A stretch of DNA of 64,000 bases. It comes from a phage. The notes under the pieces were generated by a model. That model was given only the letters and a program-made list of their open reading frames with translations, had not been told where the DNA came from and did no database searches. Shown one piece after another: positions 49,110 to 59,447 of this stretch. The stretch's first letter is position 1. The number at the start of each line of letters is the position of its first letter. The stretch lies in assembly GCA_021683455.1 (NCBI GenBank), contig GCA_021683455.1_3051.1. The stretch is one strand, 5' to 3'. The translations under genes and the position numbers were made by a program.

Positions 49110-50878
49110 AAAAGCCACAAGAAATGCAAACGATGCGTAGAAAAGTTATTTCAGATAATAAACCAACACAGGACGCGGCTAAATCCGCTTCTAATACTTT
49201 ATCTGGTCTTAATGACATTTCTACAAAATTAGATGATGCTCAAGCTGCTTCTGAATTAATAGCTCAGACTGTTGAAGAAAAATCAAATGAAATAGTTGGA
49301 GCAATTGATAACGTTGAAAGCGCAGTAAGTGATACTACTGCCGGTTCTGAGTTAATTGCTGAAACTGTTGAAATTGGAAACAATATTAATAAAGAAATCG
49401 GTGAATCGCTCGGAAGCAAATTAGATAAATTAACAAGTTTACTGGAACAAAAAATTCAGACAGCTGGAATTCAGCAAACTGGAACGAGTTTAGCAGTAGT
49501 CGAAAATGCTATTCCTGTTAAAGTCGTCGAGGATGATACAGCTGAATCTGTGGGTCCTTTATTACCGGCTCCTGAAGCAGTTAATAATGATCCTGATGCT
49601 GATTTTTTCCCTACCCCTCAGCCAATTGAACCAAAACAAGAGTCTCCAGAAGAGAAGCAAAAAAGAGACGCATTTAACTTAAAAATATCTAATGCATTAG
49701 ATAAATTAACAAAGACAGTTGATTTCGGATTTAAGAAATCTATTTCAATTACTGATAAAATATCTAGTATGCTATTTAAGTATACCGTCAGTGCTGCTAT
49801 TGAAGCTGCTAAAATGGTTGCATTGATAATGGCTGTTGTTATTGGAATAGACCTGCTGATGGTTCATTTTAAATACTGGTCAGATAAATTTTCAAAAGCC
49901 TGGGATTTATTTGGTACTGATTTTACTAAATTCTCTAGCGAAACCGGAACATGGGGTCCTTTATTACAAAGCATCTTTGATTCTATTGATAAAATTAAAC
50001 AACTTTGGGAAGCTGGAGATTGGGGCGGATTAACAGCAGCTATTGTTGAAGGGCTTGGAAGTGTTCTTTATAATTTAGGAGAGCTTATTCAATTAGGTAT
50101 GGCTAAATTATCTGCAGCAATTCTTCGAGTTATTCCTGGCATGAAGGATACTGCTGATGAAGTAGAAGGAAGAGCATTAGAAAATTTTCAAAATTCTACT
50201 GGAGCATCTCTTAATAAAGAAGACCAAGAAAAAGTAGCAAATTATCAAGATAAACGAATGAATGATGATCTTGGCCCAATAGCAAAAGGATTAGACAAAA
50301 TTGCGAATTGGAAAACTCGTGCATCTAACTGGATTCGTGGTGTAGATAATAAAGAAGCATTGACTACTGACGAAGAACGTGCAGCAGAAGAAGAAAAATT
50401 AAAACAACTTTCACCGGAAGAAAGAAAAAATGCTTTAATGAAAGCTAATGAAGCTCGTGCTGCGATGATTCGTTTTGAAAAATACGCTGATTCAGCTGAT
50501 ATGAGCAAAGACTCAACGGTTAAATCAGTTGAATCTGCCTATGAAGACCTTAAAAAACGGATGGATGACCCGGATTTAAATAATTCACCGGCGGTTAAAA
50601 AAGAACTTGCTGCTAGATTTTCTAAAATTGATGCTACTTATCAAGAGCTCAAGAAAAATCAGCCTAATGCCAAACCTGAAACTTCTGCTAAATCGCCAGA
50701 AGCGAAACAGGTCCAGGTGATTGAAAAGAACAAAGCACAACAAGCTCCTGTTCAACAAGCATCTCCTTCAATCAATAATACTAATAATGTTATTAAGAAA
50801 AATACTGTCGTTCATAATATGACACCTGTCACAAGCACAACTGCTCCTGGTGTATTTGGTGCGACGGGAGTTAATTAA
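49106..50878 (+). CDS. 29: gp29, baseplate hub subunit / tail length determinator (590 aa)
   Basis: Size identical to T4 gp29; synteny. Confidence 0.9.
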   Translation: MKKPQEMQTMRRKVISDNKPTQDAAKSASNTLSGLNDISTKLDDAQAASELIAQTVEEKSNEIVGAIDNVESAVSDTTAGSELIAETVEIGNNINKEIGESLGSKLDKLTSLLEQKIQTAGIQQTGTSLAVVENAIPVKVVEDDTAESVGPLLPAPEAVNNDPDADFFPTPQPIEPKQESPEEKQKRDAFNLKISNALDKLTKTVDFGFKKSISITDKISSMLFKYTVSAAIEAAKMVALIMAVVIGIDLLMVHFKYWSDKFSKAWDLFGTDFTKFSSETGTWGPLLQSIFDSIDKIKQLWEAGDWGGLTAAIVEGLGSVLYNLGELIQLGMAKLSAAILRVIPGMKDTADEVEGRALENFQNSTGASLNKEDQEKVANYQDKRMNDDLGPIAKGLDKIANWKTRASNWIRGVDNKEALTTDEERAAEEEKLKQLSPEERKNALMKANEARAAMIRFEKYADSADMSKDSTVKSVESAYEDLKKRMDDPDLNNSPAVKKELAARFSKIDATYQELKKNQPNAKPETSAKSPEAKQVQVIEKNKAQQAPVQQASPSINNTNNVIKKNTVVHNMTPVTSTTAPGVFGATGVN

Positions 50879-50886
50879 GGAATAAT

Positions 50887-51981
50887 ATGGCAATTGTTAA
50901 AGAAATAACTGCTGATTTAATTAAAAAGTCCGGTGAAACAATTTCAGCCGGACAGAGTACTAAATCAGAAGTAGGAACTAAAACATACACAGCCCAGTTT
51001 CCAACTGGGCGTGCTAGTGGTAATGACACTACAGGGGACTTCCAGGTAACAGATCTATATAAGAATGGATTATTATTTACTGCATACAATATGTCATCTA
51101 GGGATTCTGGAAGTCTTAGAACGATGAGATCTAACTACTCTTCTTCATCTTCGAGTATTTTACGTACAGCCAGAAACACTATCAGTAATACAGTATCAAA
51201 ACTATCAAATGGACTAATATCAGATAATAATTCAGGAACAATAAGTAAAGTTCCTGTTGCAAATATTCTTTTACCTAGATCTAAATCTGACGTCGATACG
51301 TCATCACATAGATTTAATGATGTTCAAGATAGTCTTATTACAAAAGGCGGAGGTACTGCTACTGGTGTGCTAAGTAATATGGCTTCAACTGCAGTATTTG
51401 GTGCGCTTGAAAGTATAACACAAGGAATAATGGCTGATAATAATGAACAGATCTATACAACAGCTAGAAGTATGTATGGCGGTGCTGAAAATAGAACAAA
51501 AGTGTTCACCTGGGATTTGACTCCACGCTCAACAGAAGATTTAATGGCTATTATTAATATCTATCAGTATTTTAACTATTTTTCTTACGGTGAAACTGGT
51601 AAATCTCAATATGCTGCTGAAATAAAAGGATATTTAGATGAGTGGTATCGTTCTACATTTATTGAACCATTAACGCCAGAAGACGCGATTAAAAACAAGA
51701 CGTTATTTGAAAAAATGACATCGAGTTTAACGAACGTTCTTGTAGTTTCAAACCCGACAATTTGGATGGTGAAAAACTTTGGTGCAACTTCTAAATTTGA
51801 TGGAAAGACTGAAGTATTCGGTCCATGCCAAATACAGAGTATTAGATTTGATAAAACACCAAATGGTAACTTTAATGGATTAGCTATTGCTCCTAACCTT
51901 CCAAGTTCTTTTACACTCGAGATTACTATGAGAGAGATTATTACGTTAAACCGTGCTTCTTTATATACGGGGACTTTCTAA
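50887..51981 (+). CDS. 48: gp48, baseplate tail tube cap (364 aa)
   Basis: Size identical to T4 gp48; synteny. Confidence 0.9.
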   Translation: MAIVKEITADLIKKSGETISAGQSTKSEVGTKTYTAQFPTGRASGNDTTGDFQVTDLYKNGLLFTAYNMSSRDSGSLRTMRSNYSSSSSSILRTARNTISNTVSKLSNGLISDNNSGTISKVPVANILLPRSKSDVDTSSHRFNDVQDSLITKGGGTATGVLSNMASTAVFGALESITQGIMADNNEQIYTTARSMYGGAENRTKVFTWDLTPRSTEDLMAIINIYQYFNYFSYGETGKSQYAAEIKGYLDEWYRSTFIEPLTPEDAIKNKTLFEKMTSSLTNVLVVSNPTIWMVKNFGATSKFDGKTEVFGPCQIQSIRFDKTPNGNFNGLAIAPNLPSSFTLEITMREIITLNRASLYTGTF

Positions 51982-52946
51982 TGTATTCTTTAGAGGAATT
52001 TAATAATCAAGCAATAAACGCAGACTTCCAACGTAATAATATGTTCAGCTGTGTTTTTGCTACAACTCCATCAACTAAAAGCTCATCGTTAATAAGCTCA
52101 ATTAGTAACTTTGCTTATAATAACTTGGGTCTAAATTCAGATTGGTTGGGATTAACTCAAGGTGATATTAATCAGGGAATTACCACGCTAATTACCGCTG
52201 GCACACAAAAACTAATAAGAAAATCGGGAGTCAGTAAATATCTTATTGGCGCTATGAGTCAGCGTACTGTTCAGAGTTTATTAGGCTCATTTACAGTTGG
52301 TACATATTTAATTGACTTCTTTAACATGGCATATAACTCATCTGGATTGATGATATATTCTGTAAAAATGCCAGAGAATAGATTATCCTATGAAACTGAC
52401 TGGAACTATAATTCTCCTAATATTCGTATAACTGGAAGAGAATTAGACCCTTTGGTTATTTCATTCAGAATGGATTCAGAAGCTTGTAACTATCGTGCAA
52501 TGCAAGACTGGGTTAACGCTGTTCAAGACCCAGTAACTGGATTGCGTGCTTTACCGCAAGATGTCGAGGCAGATATTCAGGTTAATCTTCATTCTCGCAA
52601 TGGATTACCTCATACTGCGGTGATGTTCACTGGATGCATTCCAATATCAGTGAGCGCTCCTGAGTTATCATATGATGGAGATAACCAAATAACTACATTT
52701 GACGTTACTTTTGCGTATAGAGTGATGCAGGCTGGAGCAGTTGATAGACAAGCTGCCCTTGAATGGCTTGAATCTGCTACTATAAATGGTATTCAAAGCG
52801 TTCTCGGAAATAGTGGAGGTGTTACTGGACTATCTAATTCGCTTTCACGACTTAGTAGATTAGGGGGAACTGCAGGAAGCATTTCAAATATTAATACTAT
52901 GACAGGAATTGTCAATTCGCAAAGTAAAATATTAGGAGCAATATAA
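51981..52946 (+). CDS. 54: gp54, baseplate tail tube initiator (321 aa)
   Basis: Size as T4 gp54 (320 aa); synteny. Confidence 0.9.
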   Translation: MYSLEEFNNQAINADFQRNNMFSCVFATTPSTKSSSLISSISNFAYNNLGLNSDWLGLTQGDINQGITTLITAGTQKLIRKSGVSKYLIGAMSQRTVQSLLGSFTVGTYLIDFFNMAYNSSGLMIYSVKMPENRLSYETDWNYNSPNIRITGRELDPLVISFRMDSEACNYRAMQDWVNAVQDPVTGLRALPQDVEADIQVNLHSRNGLPHTAVMFTGCIPISVSAPELSYDGDNQITTFDVTFAYRVMQAGAVDRQAALEWLESATINGIQSVLGNSGGVTGLSNSLSRLSRLGGTAGSISNINTMTGIVNSQSKILGAI

Positions 52947-52951
52947 CAATG

Positions 52952-52978
52952 GGGACCGAAAGGTCCCCATATTTTTAT
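52952..52978. terminator. Bidirectional terminator between gene 54 and the alt operon
   Basis: ggggacc-GAAA-ggtcccc hairpin with flanking T-run. Confidence 0.6.
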
Positions 52979-53265
52979 TTACGGAATGAAATAAAAGCAG
53001 CAACTGAAGAAACAGAGGTTTCTTCAATATAAACCTCAATTTTTACCGGAGCTTCTGACTCAAATTTACCTGTTACTACACCTTGGAAAATACTTTCAGT
53101 CTGTTCTGGCTTTGAAAAATTTTCAGAAGGAAAAATTCCAAACTTTTTATCGGTTCCGAAAATTTTAATAAATTCATCATAAACTGCTTCATTGAAAGCG
53201 TTATCAGCGGGAATAACGCCCTCAACGACGAGTTCTTGACCTAAAAAGCGCAAAGAAGATTTCAT
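52975..53265 (-). CDS. Hypothetical protein (96 aa) downstream of alt
   Basis: ORF in alt-operon orientation; no motif recognised. Confidence 0.55.
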   Translation of the reverse strand: MKSSLRFLGQELVVEGVIPADNAFNEAVYDEFIKIFGTDKKFGIFPSENFSKPEQTESIFQGVVTGKFESEAPVKIEVYIEETSVSSVAAFISFRK

Positions 53266-53325
53266 TTTGTGTTCCTCATGTTATGTCAGTAAAACTACTA
53301 TAACACAATACGAGGGACTTGTAAA

Positions 53326-55383
53326 CTACATTTTGAACTTTTTAGACATTCCGTTGATGTTAACCAAAGAAGCTAAGATTTGAGAAACTTCGCTTTCCTC
53401 TTCTTTTGATTCTTCTACAAGGAATTGATTAAATCTAGCCATTGGACGAACTTCTCCGGTTTCCATCAAATGGTCACCATCATATACCGATTCCTCTAAT
53501 TGTTCAGAAGGAGGAACAATCGTGCCTTCAATTAGATACTTATTATAAGCGGTTTCTTTCATCATGTACGTACTTACTTTATTAATCTTCAGTAAAATTC
53601 CACGTGGTAGAATAACTTCAGCTTCTGATGGAAATCCTGATAAATGACCTGGAACGATAACTTTGATTCGCTCAGCTCCTTTAATTACCATACCCACGCT
53701 AGTTTCAGCATCTTCATTAGCATATGTAGAATGACTACCCATATGCATCAAATCTTCTGCATCAACAGAACCTTCTCCTTCGCCAGAAAATACTGCGCCG
53801 GAATCATCTAGAGCCATATAGTTTTTACCATGCTCACCGAAGATATTTGGTTTAAGCGATGTGGATACGAAGTTCTTGAAATAGAACATTTTATTTTCAA
53901 TGTTATGACGCAAAGTTTTAAAGGTAACTTCTTGTCCACGGTAAAGTGTAGTTCCTGGAGGAAGAACTGAACCTTTAGCGAATGCAGAATCAAGCGTCTC
54001 AATATGTTTAATAGCTCGTTCCATATATTCTTCACGGGTAGAATCTGGTTTACCTAAAAGGAATGAGTTCATTTCAACATATGAATCTGCACAATAATCT
54101 TCAATTACATCAGATTCAGCCTGAGTTAATCCTTTTGGAGTTACTTCAGTACTTGCATATTCATATGCCTGAGCGGCAGATTCATCAATTAATTTATAAA
54201 TTCCATTCATTACAAATTGAATAATAGCTGTCTTTTCATCTGGTGTAGCTTTAGAACCTTTAACTAAATCATTGATAATTTTCTTAATAACATCAAAACT
54301 ATTAGAAATATTAATGTCAGCAAGATCGCTTAAAATTTTATCAGTTTTATAATCAAAGAATTCTTTATTCTTTAAATATTCTTGAGAACCTTGATATGTT
54401 ATATCGCTCTGCAACTTGATAGATGGATCACGTAAACGTGCATGGGCTAATGCAATATGATTTCGGAAACTTTCTAGTTCATAATCGTTAGATTTAAAAC
54501 GAGAAGCACTTCTCATACCACCGATAGCTCCTTTGCTAAAGTTTGAACCAATCTGGATAACCCCGGAGTTCATTGGTCCTTCTGCTTTATACACCGGAAC
54601 TTTAGATTCAAACTCTTGATATTTCTTAGCAGCGAAGCTATCGCCTTGAAGCGAAGCATCGACAGTAGAATATTGAGCTTGTGCTGCTAATCGACGACTA
54701 ATTTTAGTTTTCTGAATAACAGCTTGATCCGTACGCTTATCATTTTCTAAAGCAATAGAAGCAGCAACTGCGACAGCTTTAGGAACAGCATTACCTGTTT
54801 TAACATCTACATAAACATCACCGACCTTCGATTCAACTTTTGTGAATAGCTCTGTTGAAATAGGAGGTACACCTGGAATGTCTTCTAAATTGGCATTTTT
54901 ACGGTAAACCATAATATATGCATATTTCTTATCATAGTCCCAGATTTCCTTTAAAAGAACATATCGACCTGCTCCTTTAGTACGTACTAAGCGGTCAGCA
55001 ATAACTTGCATTTGACGAGCTGCGCCATTTGTTTTACTTTTTAGTACGCGGAATAGGCATGCATCAATTTTATACTGTTTCATTGTTTGAAGAGCAGTAT
55101 CAAAAACAGCATTAATGACGCCAATTGGATTTCCACCCAAGTTTTTAAGCTTAACTAACGATAATTTCTCGTTGACACCTATCATTACGATATGCATCAT
55201 TTTGTCGCCTGGCTTAACGTTTTTATTCGTATCACCACCAGAGGTGTATGTACAAAATCTAAATCCAGGAAGCACGCTTTCTTCACCGGCTTGAATAGCA
55301 AAAATTTGAGGTATTTTATGCTTAGGATTTAAGTTAACAACCGGCGCCGAAGCGCCGTCAAATAATTCTGTAATAAGTTCCAT
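53326..55383 (-). CDS. alt: Alt-family mono-ADP-ribosyltransferase, paralog A (685 aa)
   Basis: R-S-E catalytic signature (LYRGQ, FVSTSL, EAEVILPRG); N-terminus MELITELFD shared with the upstream paralog; T4 Alt is 682 aa. Confidence 0.85.
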   Translation of the reverse strand: MELITELFDGASAPVVNLNPKHKIPQIFAIQAGEESVLPGFRFCTYTSGGDTNKNVKPGDKMMHIVMIGVNEKLSLVKLKNLGGNPIGVINAVFDTALQTMKQYKIDACLFRVLKSKTNGAARQMQVIADRLVRTKGAGRYVLLKEIWDYDKKYAYIMVYRKNANLEDIPGVPPISTELFTKVESKVGDVYVDVKTGNAVPKAVAVAASIALENDKRTDQAVIQKTKISRRLAAQAQYSTVDASLQGDSFAAKKYQEFESKVPVYKAEGPMNSGVIQIGSNFSKGAIGGMRSASRFKSNDYELESFRNHIALAHARLRDPSIKLQSDITYQGSQEYLKNKEFFDYKTDKILSDLADINISNSFDVIKKIINDLVKGSKATPDEKTAIIQFVMNGIYKLIDESAAQAYEYASTEVTPKGLTQAESDVIEDYCADSYVEMNSFLLGKPDSTREEYMERAIKHIETLDSAFAKGSVLPPGTTLYRGQEVTFKTLRHNIENKMFYFKNFVSTSLKPNIFGEHGKNYMALDDSGAVFSGEGEGSVDAEDLMHMGSHSTYANEDAETSVGMVIKGAERIKVIVPGHLSGFPSEAEVILPRGILLKINKVSTYMMKETAYNKYLIEGTIVPPSEQLEESVYDGDHLMETGEVRPMARFNQFLVEESKEEESEVSQILASLVNINGMSKKFKM

Positions 55384-55386
55384 GAT

Positions 55387-57483
55387 TTATCCTTGAACGA
55401 ACTTGTAAGGCATGTTTGCAATATCTATGCAAGACGCAATAATTCCAAGAGATGATTCTACTTTTTGTTTAACATTTGATGAAACAAATGATGCAAAGTC
55501 AACTCTGTCTTCTATTTCAATATCACCTGTCATTGCAACTACTTCACCAGTTTCCATTAGACGGTCTCCGTCATAGATTATCGATTCGGTGAGCTCTTCC
55601 GTGGTCATAACTTCAGCTTGAATGAGTTTTGTATTATTAGATGTTGTTCCGTCATTATTAGAAGCATCAGTTATTTTATTAACTTTGACCATCAATCCAC
55701 GCGGTAGAATAACTTCAGCTTCTGTTGCTATTCCGAGACTTCCTGGATATACAACATTAACTTTATGAGCTCCATCAATTGCCCATCCTATTTGAACTTT
55801 AACGTATTCAGGATTTTCTTTATACGCTCTTATTTCGTTTGGATTAATAGTTATTCCTTCTTCATTTTTATCAACTGTTAATTCATTGCGAGCTTCTGGT
55901 TCTAAAAGACCAATACCAGCATGTGTGATTCCAAAACGTCCAAAAATGATAGGAGTTAAAGAAGTAGATACAAAATTTCTGAAGTAGAACACTTTATTTT
56001 TAACTAACGCTTCATATATAGGAGCAGTCATACTTTGAGCACGATAAACTGTAATGCCTTCTGGTATACGGTCACCATTTTCAAAAGCTGAATCTAAGTT
56101 ATTTATAGCAGATTCAATTTCTTTTTCATTCATTACATCATATCGTTCTGGATTGTAACGACCTAAAAGAAGATTATTGATGTCAGTATATCCTGAACCG
56201 CAATATTCTCTAATGCCACGCTTTTGTGATGGAGTATATTTAGAACCATCGCGTGCAATAGTAATATCAATCATTGGACCAGCACCAATTCCAGAAAAAC
56301 TGTAAATCATTCGTTTGAGGAATTTAGTTTTTGCTGCGTTCCAGGAATTTTTAGTTATTTCTTCCCAGACTTCATCTGATTGTCCTTTACGATTTTTATT
56401 ATGATTAGCAAGCCATTTATCTTTATAATCTTCAAAGAATTGATTTACAGCTGCTGCGTATTTCTCTAAACATTTTATTGAAGTAGTTGGTTCATTTTTA
56501 ATTGCATTAAAAATTACTTCTTTAATTTTTTCTGAAACTTCACCGACTTGACTCATTGGAAAGAATTTATAATCATAGTGAAGTTCATCTGCCGTTCCTT
56601 CAGCAATAATTTTTGCTGCCTTTGTTTTAGAAGCTAATGAATTAATTCCAATTTTCATTTCTTCTGCTTCGGGAATTAAAGGTGCAGTAGCTGGTTTATT
56701 AAAATTGGCTGCTGTAGATTCATACTTCTGGAATAATTCACTTTCAAATCTAGAAGATTCCAATGACTGACTTTGTGCAATTGCTCTACGGGAAATTTTA
56801 ACTTTAACGATTACAGCTTGGTCAGAACGTTTATCATTTTCTTGTGCAATAGATGCTGCAATTGCCTCATTTTTAGTTACTTGAGCTCCAGTATCTTTAT
56901 TGATATAAACATCACCGACCTTCGATTCAACTTTAGTAAAGAGCTCTGTACTAATTTCCGGAACTCCTGGAATGTCTTCTAGTGATACATTTTTGCGATG
57001 TATAAGAATATATGCATACTTTTTATCGTAATCCCAGAGTTCCTTAAGAAGGACGTATCTGCCACCTGAACGACTACGGATAAGTCTATCAGCAATAAGT
57101 TGAATTTGTCGAGCTTGACCGGCGGTTTTAGACTTAAGAATACGAAGCATGCAGGCATCAATTTTATATTGACGCATTGTTTGCATTGCAACAGTAAAAA
57201 CTGAATTGATATAATTAATCGGGCTTGGACCAAGACCTTTTAATTTAGCAATTGAACCTTTAGCAGTTAATGTAAAAGGAACAATATGCATCATTTTATC
57301 GCCCATCTTTAAATCGCGATTAGTATCACCTCCAGATGTATATGTACATAAACGAAAGCCTGGCTGTTCAATTGCATCATCAACATGAACTGAAAAAATT
57401 TGCGGTATTTTCTTCTTTGGATTTAAGTTTGTAATCGGAAGAGTAGTATCTTCGTCAAATAATTCTGTAATAAGTTCCATCAT
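55387..57483 (-). CDS. alt: Alt-family mono-ADP-ribosyltransferase, paralog B (698 aa)
   Basis: Same N-terminal (residues ~1..230) and C-terminal ART modules (VYRAQ, FVSTSL, EAEVILPRG) as paralog A; central ~250 residues diverged. Confidence 0.85.
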   Translation of the reverse strand: MMELITELFDEDTTLPITNLNPKKKIPQIFSVHVDDAIEQPGFRLCTYTSGGDTNRDLKMGDKMMHIVPFTLTAKGSIAKLKGLGPSPINYINSVFTVAMQTMRQYKIDACMLRILKSKTAGQARQIQLIADRLIRSRSGGRYVLLKELWDYDKKYAYILIHRKNVSLEDIPGVPEISTELFTKVESKVGDVYINKDTGAQVTKNEAIAASIAQENDKRSDQAVIVKVKISRRAIAQSQSLESSRFESELFQKYESTAANFNKPATAPLIPEAEEMKIGINSLASKTKAAKIIAEGTADELHYDYKFFPMSQVGEVSEKIKEVIFNAIKNEPTTSIKCLEKYAAAVNQFFEDYKDKWLANHNKNRKGQSDEVWEEITKNSWNAAKTKFLKRMIYSFSGIGAGPMIDITIARDGSKYTPSQKRGIREYCGSGYTDINNLLLGRYNPERYDVMNEKEIESAINNLDSAFENGDRIPEGITVYRAQSMTAPIYEALVKNKVFYFRNFVSTSLTPIIFGRFGITHAGIGLLEPEARNELTVDKNEEGITINPNEIRAYKENPEYVKVQIGWAIDGAHKVNVVYPGSLGIATEAEVILPRGLMVKVNKITDASNNDGTTSNNTKLIQAEVMTTEELTESIIYDGDRLMETGEVVAMTGDIEIEDRVDFASFVSSNVKQKVESSLGIIASCIDIANMPYKFVQG

Positions 57484-57503
57484 ATCCTCTCTAGTGTTTA
57501 TTC

Positions 57504-57511
57504 TATTTATA
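57504..57511 (-). promoter_or_regulatory. Late promoter TATAAATA for the alt operon
   Basis: Minus-strand TATAAATA about 20 nt upstream of the paralog B start; fits late synthesis of head-packaged Alt. Confidence 0.55.
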
Positions 57512-57532
57512 AAATTAAAGGCCCGAAGGCCT

Positions 57533-57721
57533 TTAATAATCTATTGGTAAGAGAGTACGATATATTTCAAACTTTGGACCTTTTTCATAAGCATCAAAAG
57601 TTTCTGTGAATTTATTATAAGCATATGCATCTATAAATTCGAGAATGACTTGTGATACAGAAGTAGAAACATCTCCACCTTCTTTTTGAGCAATGACAAT
57701 TGTTTCTAAGTAAGCTTTCAT
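57533..57721 (-). CDS. Hypothetical protein (62 aa) between ligase and alt
   Basis: Small ORF overlapping the ligase stop by 4 nt. Confidence 0.45.
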   Translation of the reverse strand: MKAYLETIVIAQKEGGDVSTSVSQVILEFIDAYAYNKFTETFDAYEKGPKFEIYRTLLPIDY

Positions 57722-59181
57722 AGACCAGTTACCTCATGAAAATCACCAAATACATCCTCGAATGTATTAGCTTTAGTTTTATCTTCACGTAAACGAATTG
57801 CAATTGGAAGAAATAGCTTAACGTAATCAGTACGTCCATCTAATTTTACCCAGCCGTTGCATTCGCACTCTAGAATTTTTCCAATATAATAATTTTGGTT
57901 TTCCATAATGCGAGTACGGTCAAGTTCATGCGATTTTACGCCGGCTTTATCTTTTAAGCCTGAACCAGCATTTACTTTAATTTTTCCACACTCTGATTCA
58001 AGAATGAAACCACCTGCTTTAGTAGGGTCTTTACGGTGAGGATAAATTCCTACAATTTTTAAATCAACATCAATTACTTCTTTAAATTTATAAAGATTTT
58101 TTGAACGAGCATTTTCCCATAATCCATCGATATTTTTGAGAATAATACCTTCAAGACCTTGGTCAATATACTTTTTGTAAATTACCTTAGCTTCATCTAG
58201 GTTATTTACTATCTGGTTTTCAATTAAAATTACTTTATCATAGCCTGATGTCATTTGTTCTAGTTTAGAAAAACGTACATCATATTTTAAACGAAACGCC
58301 GGAAGACCGTATATTTCTACCAACGGAACATAATCCCAGACCTGAAACTTCATGCATTGAGCTTCTTTTTCTGAAATAGTTCCCTTTAAAGATTTATTAG
58401 CGATTCCATTAGAAGTAGTACGTGATTCAGCTACTTCGGCGAATTCTTTAGCTTTACTAATTTCAGGATAAGCATCAAAAAGAAAATCTAGGCCTTCTGG
58501 CTCCTTTTCAACTTGCTCATGGTATACCAATTCGCCATCAATTAACACACCTTCTGGATGAATCTGGCGAGCTTCTGCAGTCATTTTGATTAACTCTTCC
58601 TTGAGAAGATCTAATCCTAGATATTCATTACCAGCTCGTGATAAAAGACGAACATCATCTAATTCATCACCTCTGACTTCAGCAAAGCACCGAGCTCCAT
58701 CAGCTTTTAATTGGGCAAAGGCTGGAAATTTGATATTCTTATTAATGCCTTTTTCATCATAAGAACTTGCCAGCATTTGAGGTTGTTCAGGAATTAAACC
58801 TGGCCAAACTTTGTTTGCAATAGATACTGATGCACCGCATTCAAGGTCTCGCATCATCACCCGACGCAAAACTTCAACATCATCTTTTTTACCGTCAGTA
58901 ATATATCCAGTTAATTCCTCAATTGCCGCATTTCCAGTCAATTTCCGAGTAGCTAATGTGAATTCAATGAAGTCAAGCATATCGGTAAGAGTCAACATTC
59001 CAAAACTCTGGGTAGCAATACCAGGTTTAGGCCATTTCTTGATATAATACTGTAACCCACGAGAATAAGTCAGACGATATACTCGTTTGAGCAATTCATT
59101 ATCTTTATTCTTTTCAAGAATTGCTTGCTTTTGCTTAGTTGAACCAATAGATGCTATTTCATTCAGAATTTTAAGAATCAT
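57718..59181 (-). CDS. 30: gp30, ATP-dependent DNA ligase (487 aa)
   Basis: Adenylation motif KADGAR; 487 aa identical in length to T4 DNA ligase. Confidence 0.95.
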   Translation of the reverse strand: MILKILNEIASIGSTKQKQAILEKNKDNELLKRVYRLTYSRGLQYYIKKWPKPGIATQSFGMLTLTDMLDFIEFTLATRKLTGNAAIEELTGYITDGKKDDVEVLRRVMMRDLECGASVSIANKVWPGLIPEQPQMLASSYDEKGINKNIKFPAFAQLKADGARCFAEVRGDELDDVRLLSRAGNEYLGLDLLKEELIKMTAEARQIHPEGVLIDGELVYHEQVEKEPEGLDFLFDAYPEISKAKEFAEVAESRTTSNGIANKSLKGTISEKEAQCMKFQVWDYVPLVEIYGLPAFRLKYDVRFSKLEQMTSGYDKVILIENQIVNNLDEAKVIYKKYIDQGLEGIILKNIDGLWENARSKNLYKFKEVIDVDLKIVGIYPHRKDPTKAGGFILESECGKIKVNAGSGLKDKAGVKSHELDRTRIMENQNYYIGKILECECNGWVKLDGRTDYVKLFLPIAIRLREDKTKANTFEDVFGDFHEVTGL

Positions 59182-59447
59182 TGTTCATCCTTTAGAGTTT
59201 GGTTTACAGCTCTATTATAAATCAATTCATCATTAAGCTCAGTCAAAGACCTGTGGTACGTGGTTCTAACTTTATTTCCTTGCATCCAGTGCTTGACGTA
59301 AATGAAACCTTGCTCTACACATTTTTTAAAAATTCGTTCGTCTTTTTGAGCTCGGAATTCTGGATTGCATCTAAAAAATTGATTTACGTGACCGTAATCA
59401 CGTGTAGTATTACCTTCATTTTCATAAATAGTATGAACAACAAACAT
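59178..59447 (-). CDS. Hypothetical protein (89 aa), 30.1 position
   Basis: ORF overlapping the ligase start; translationally coupled. Confidence 0.6.
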   Translation of the reverse strand: MFVVHTIYENEGNTTRDYGHVNQFFRCNPEFRAQKDERIFKKCVEQGFIYVKHWMQGNKVRTTYHRSLTELNDELIYNRAVNQTLKDEQ

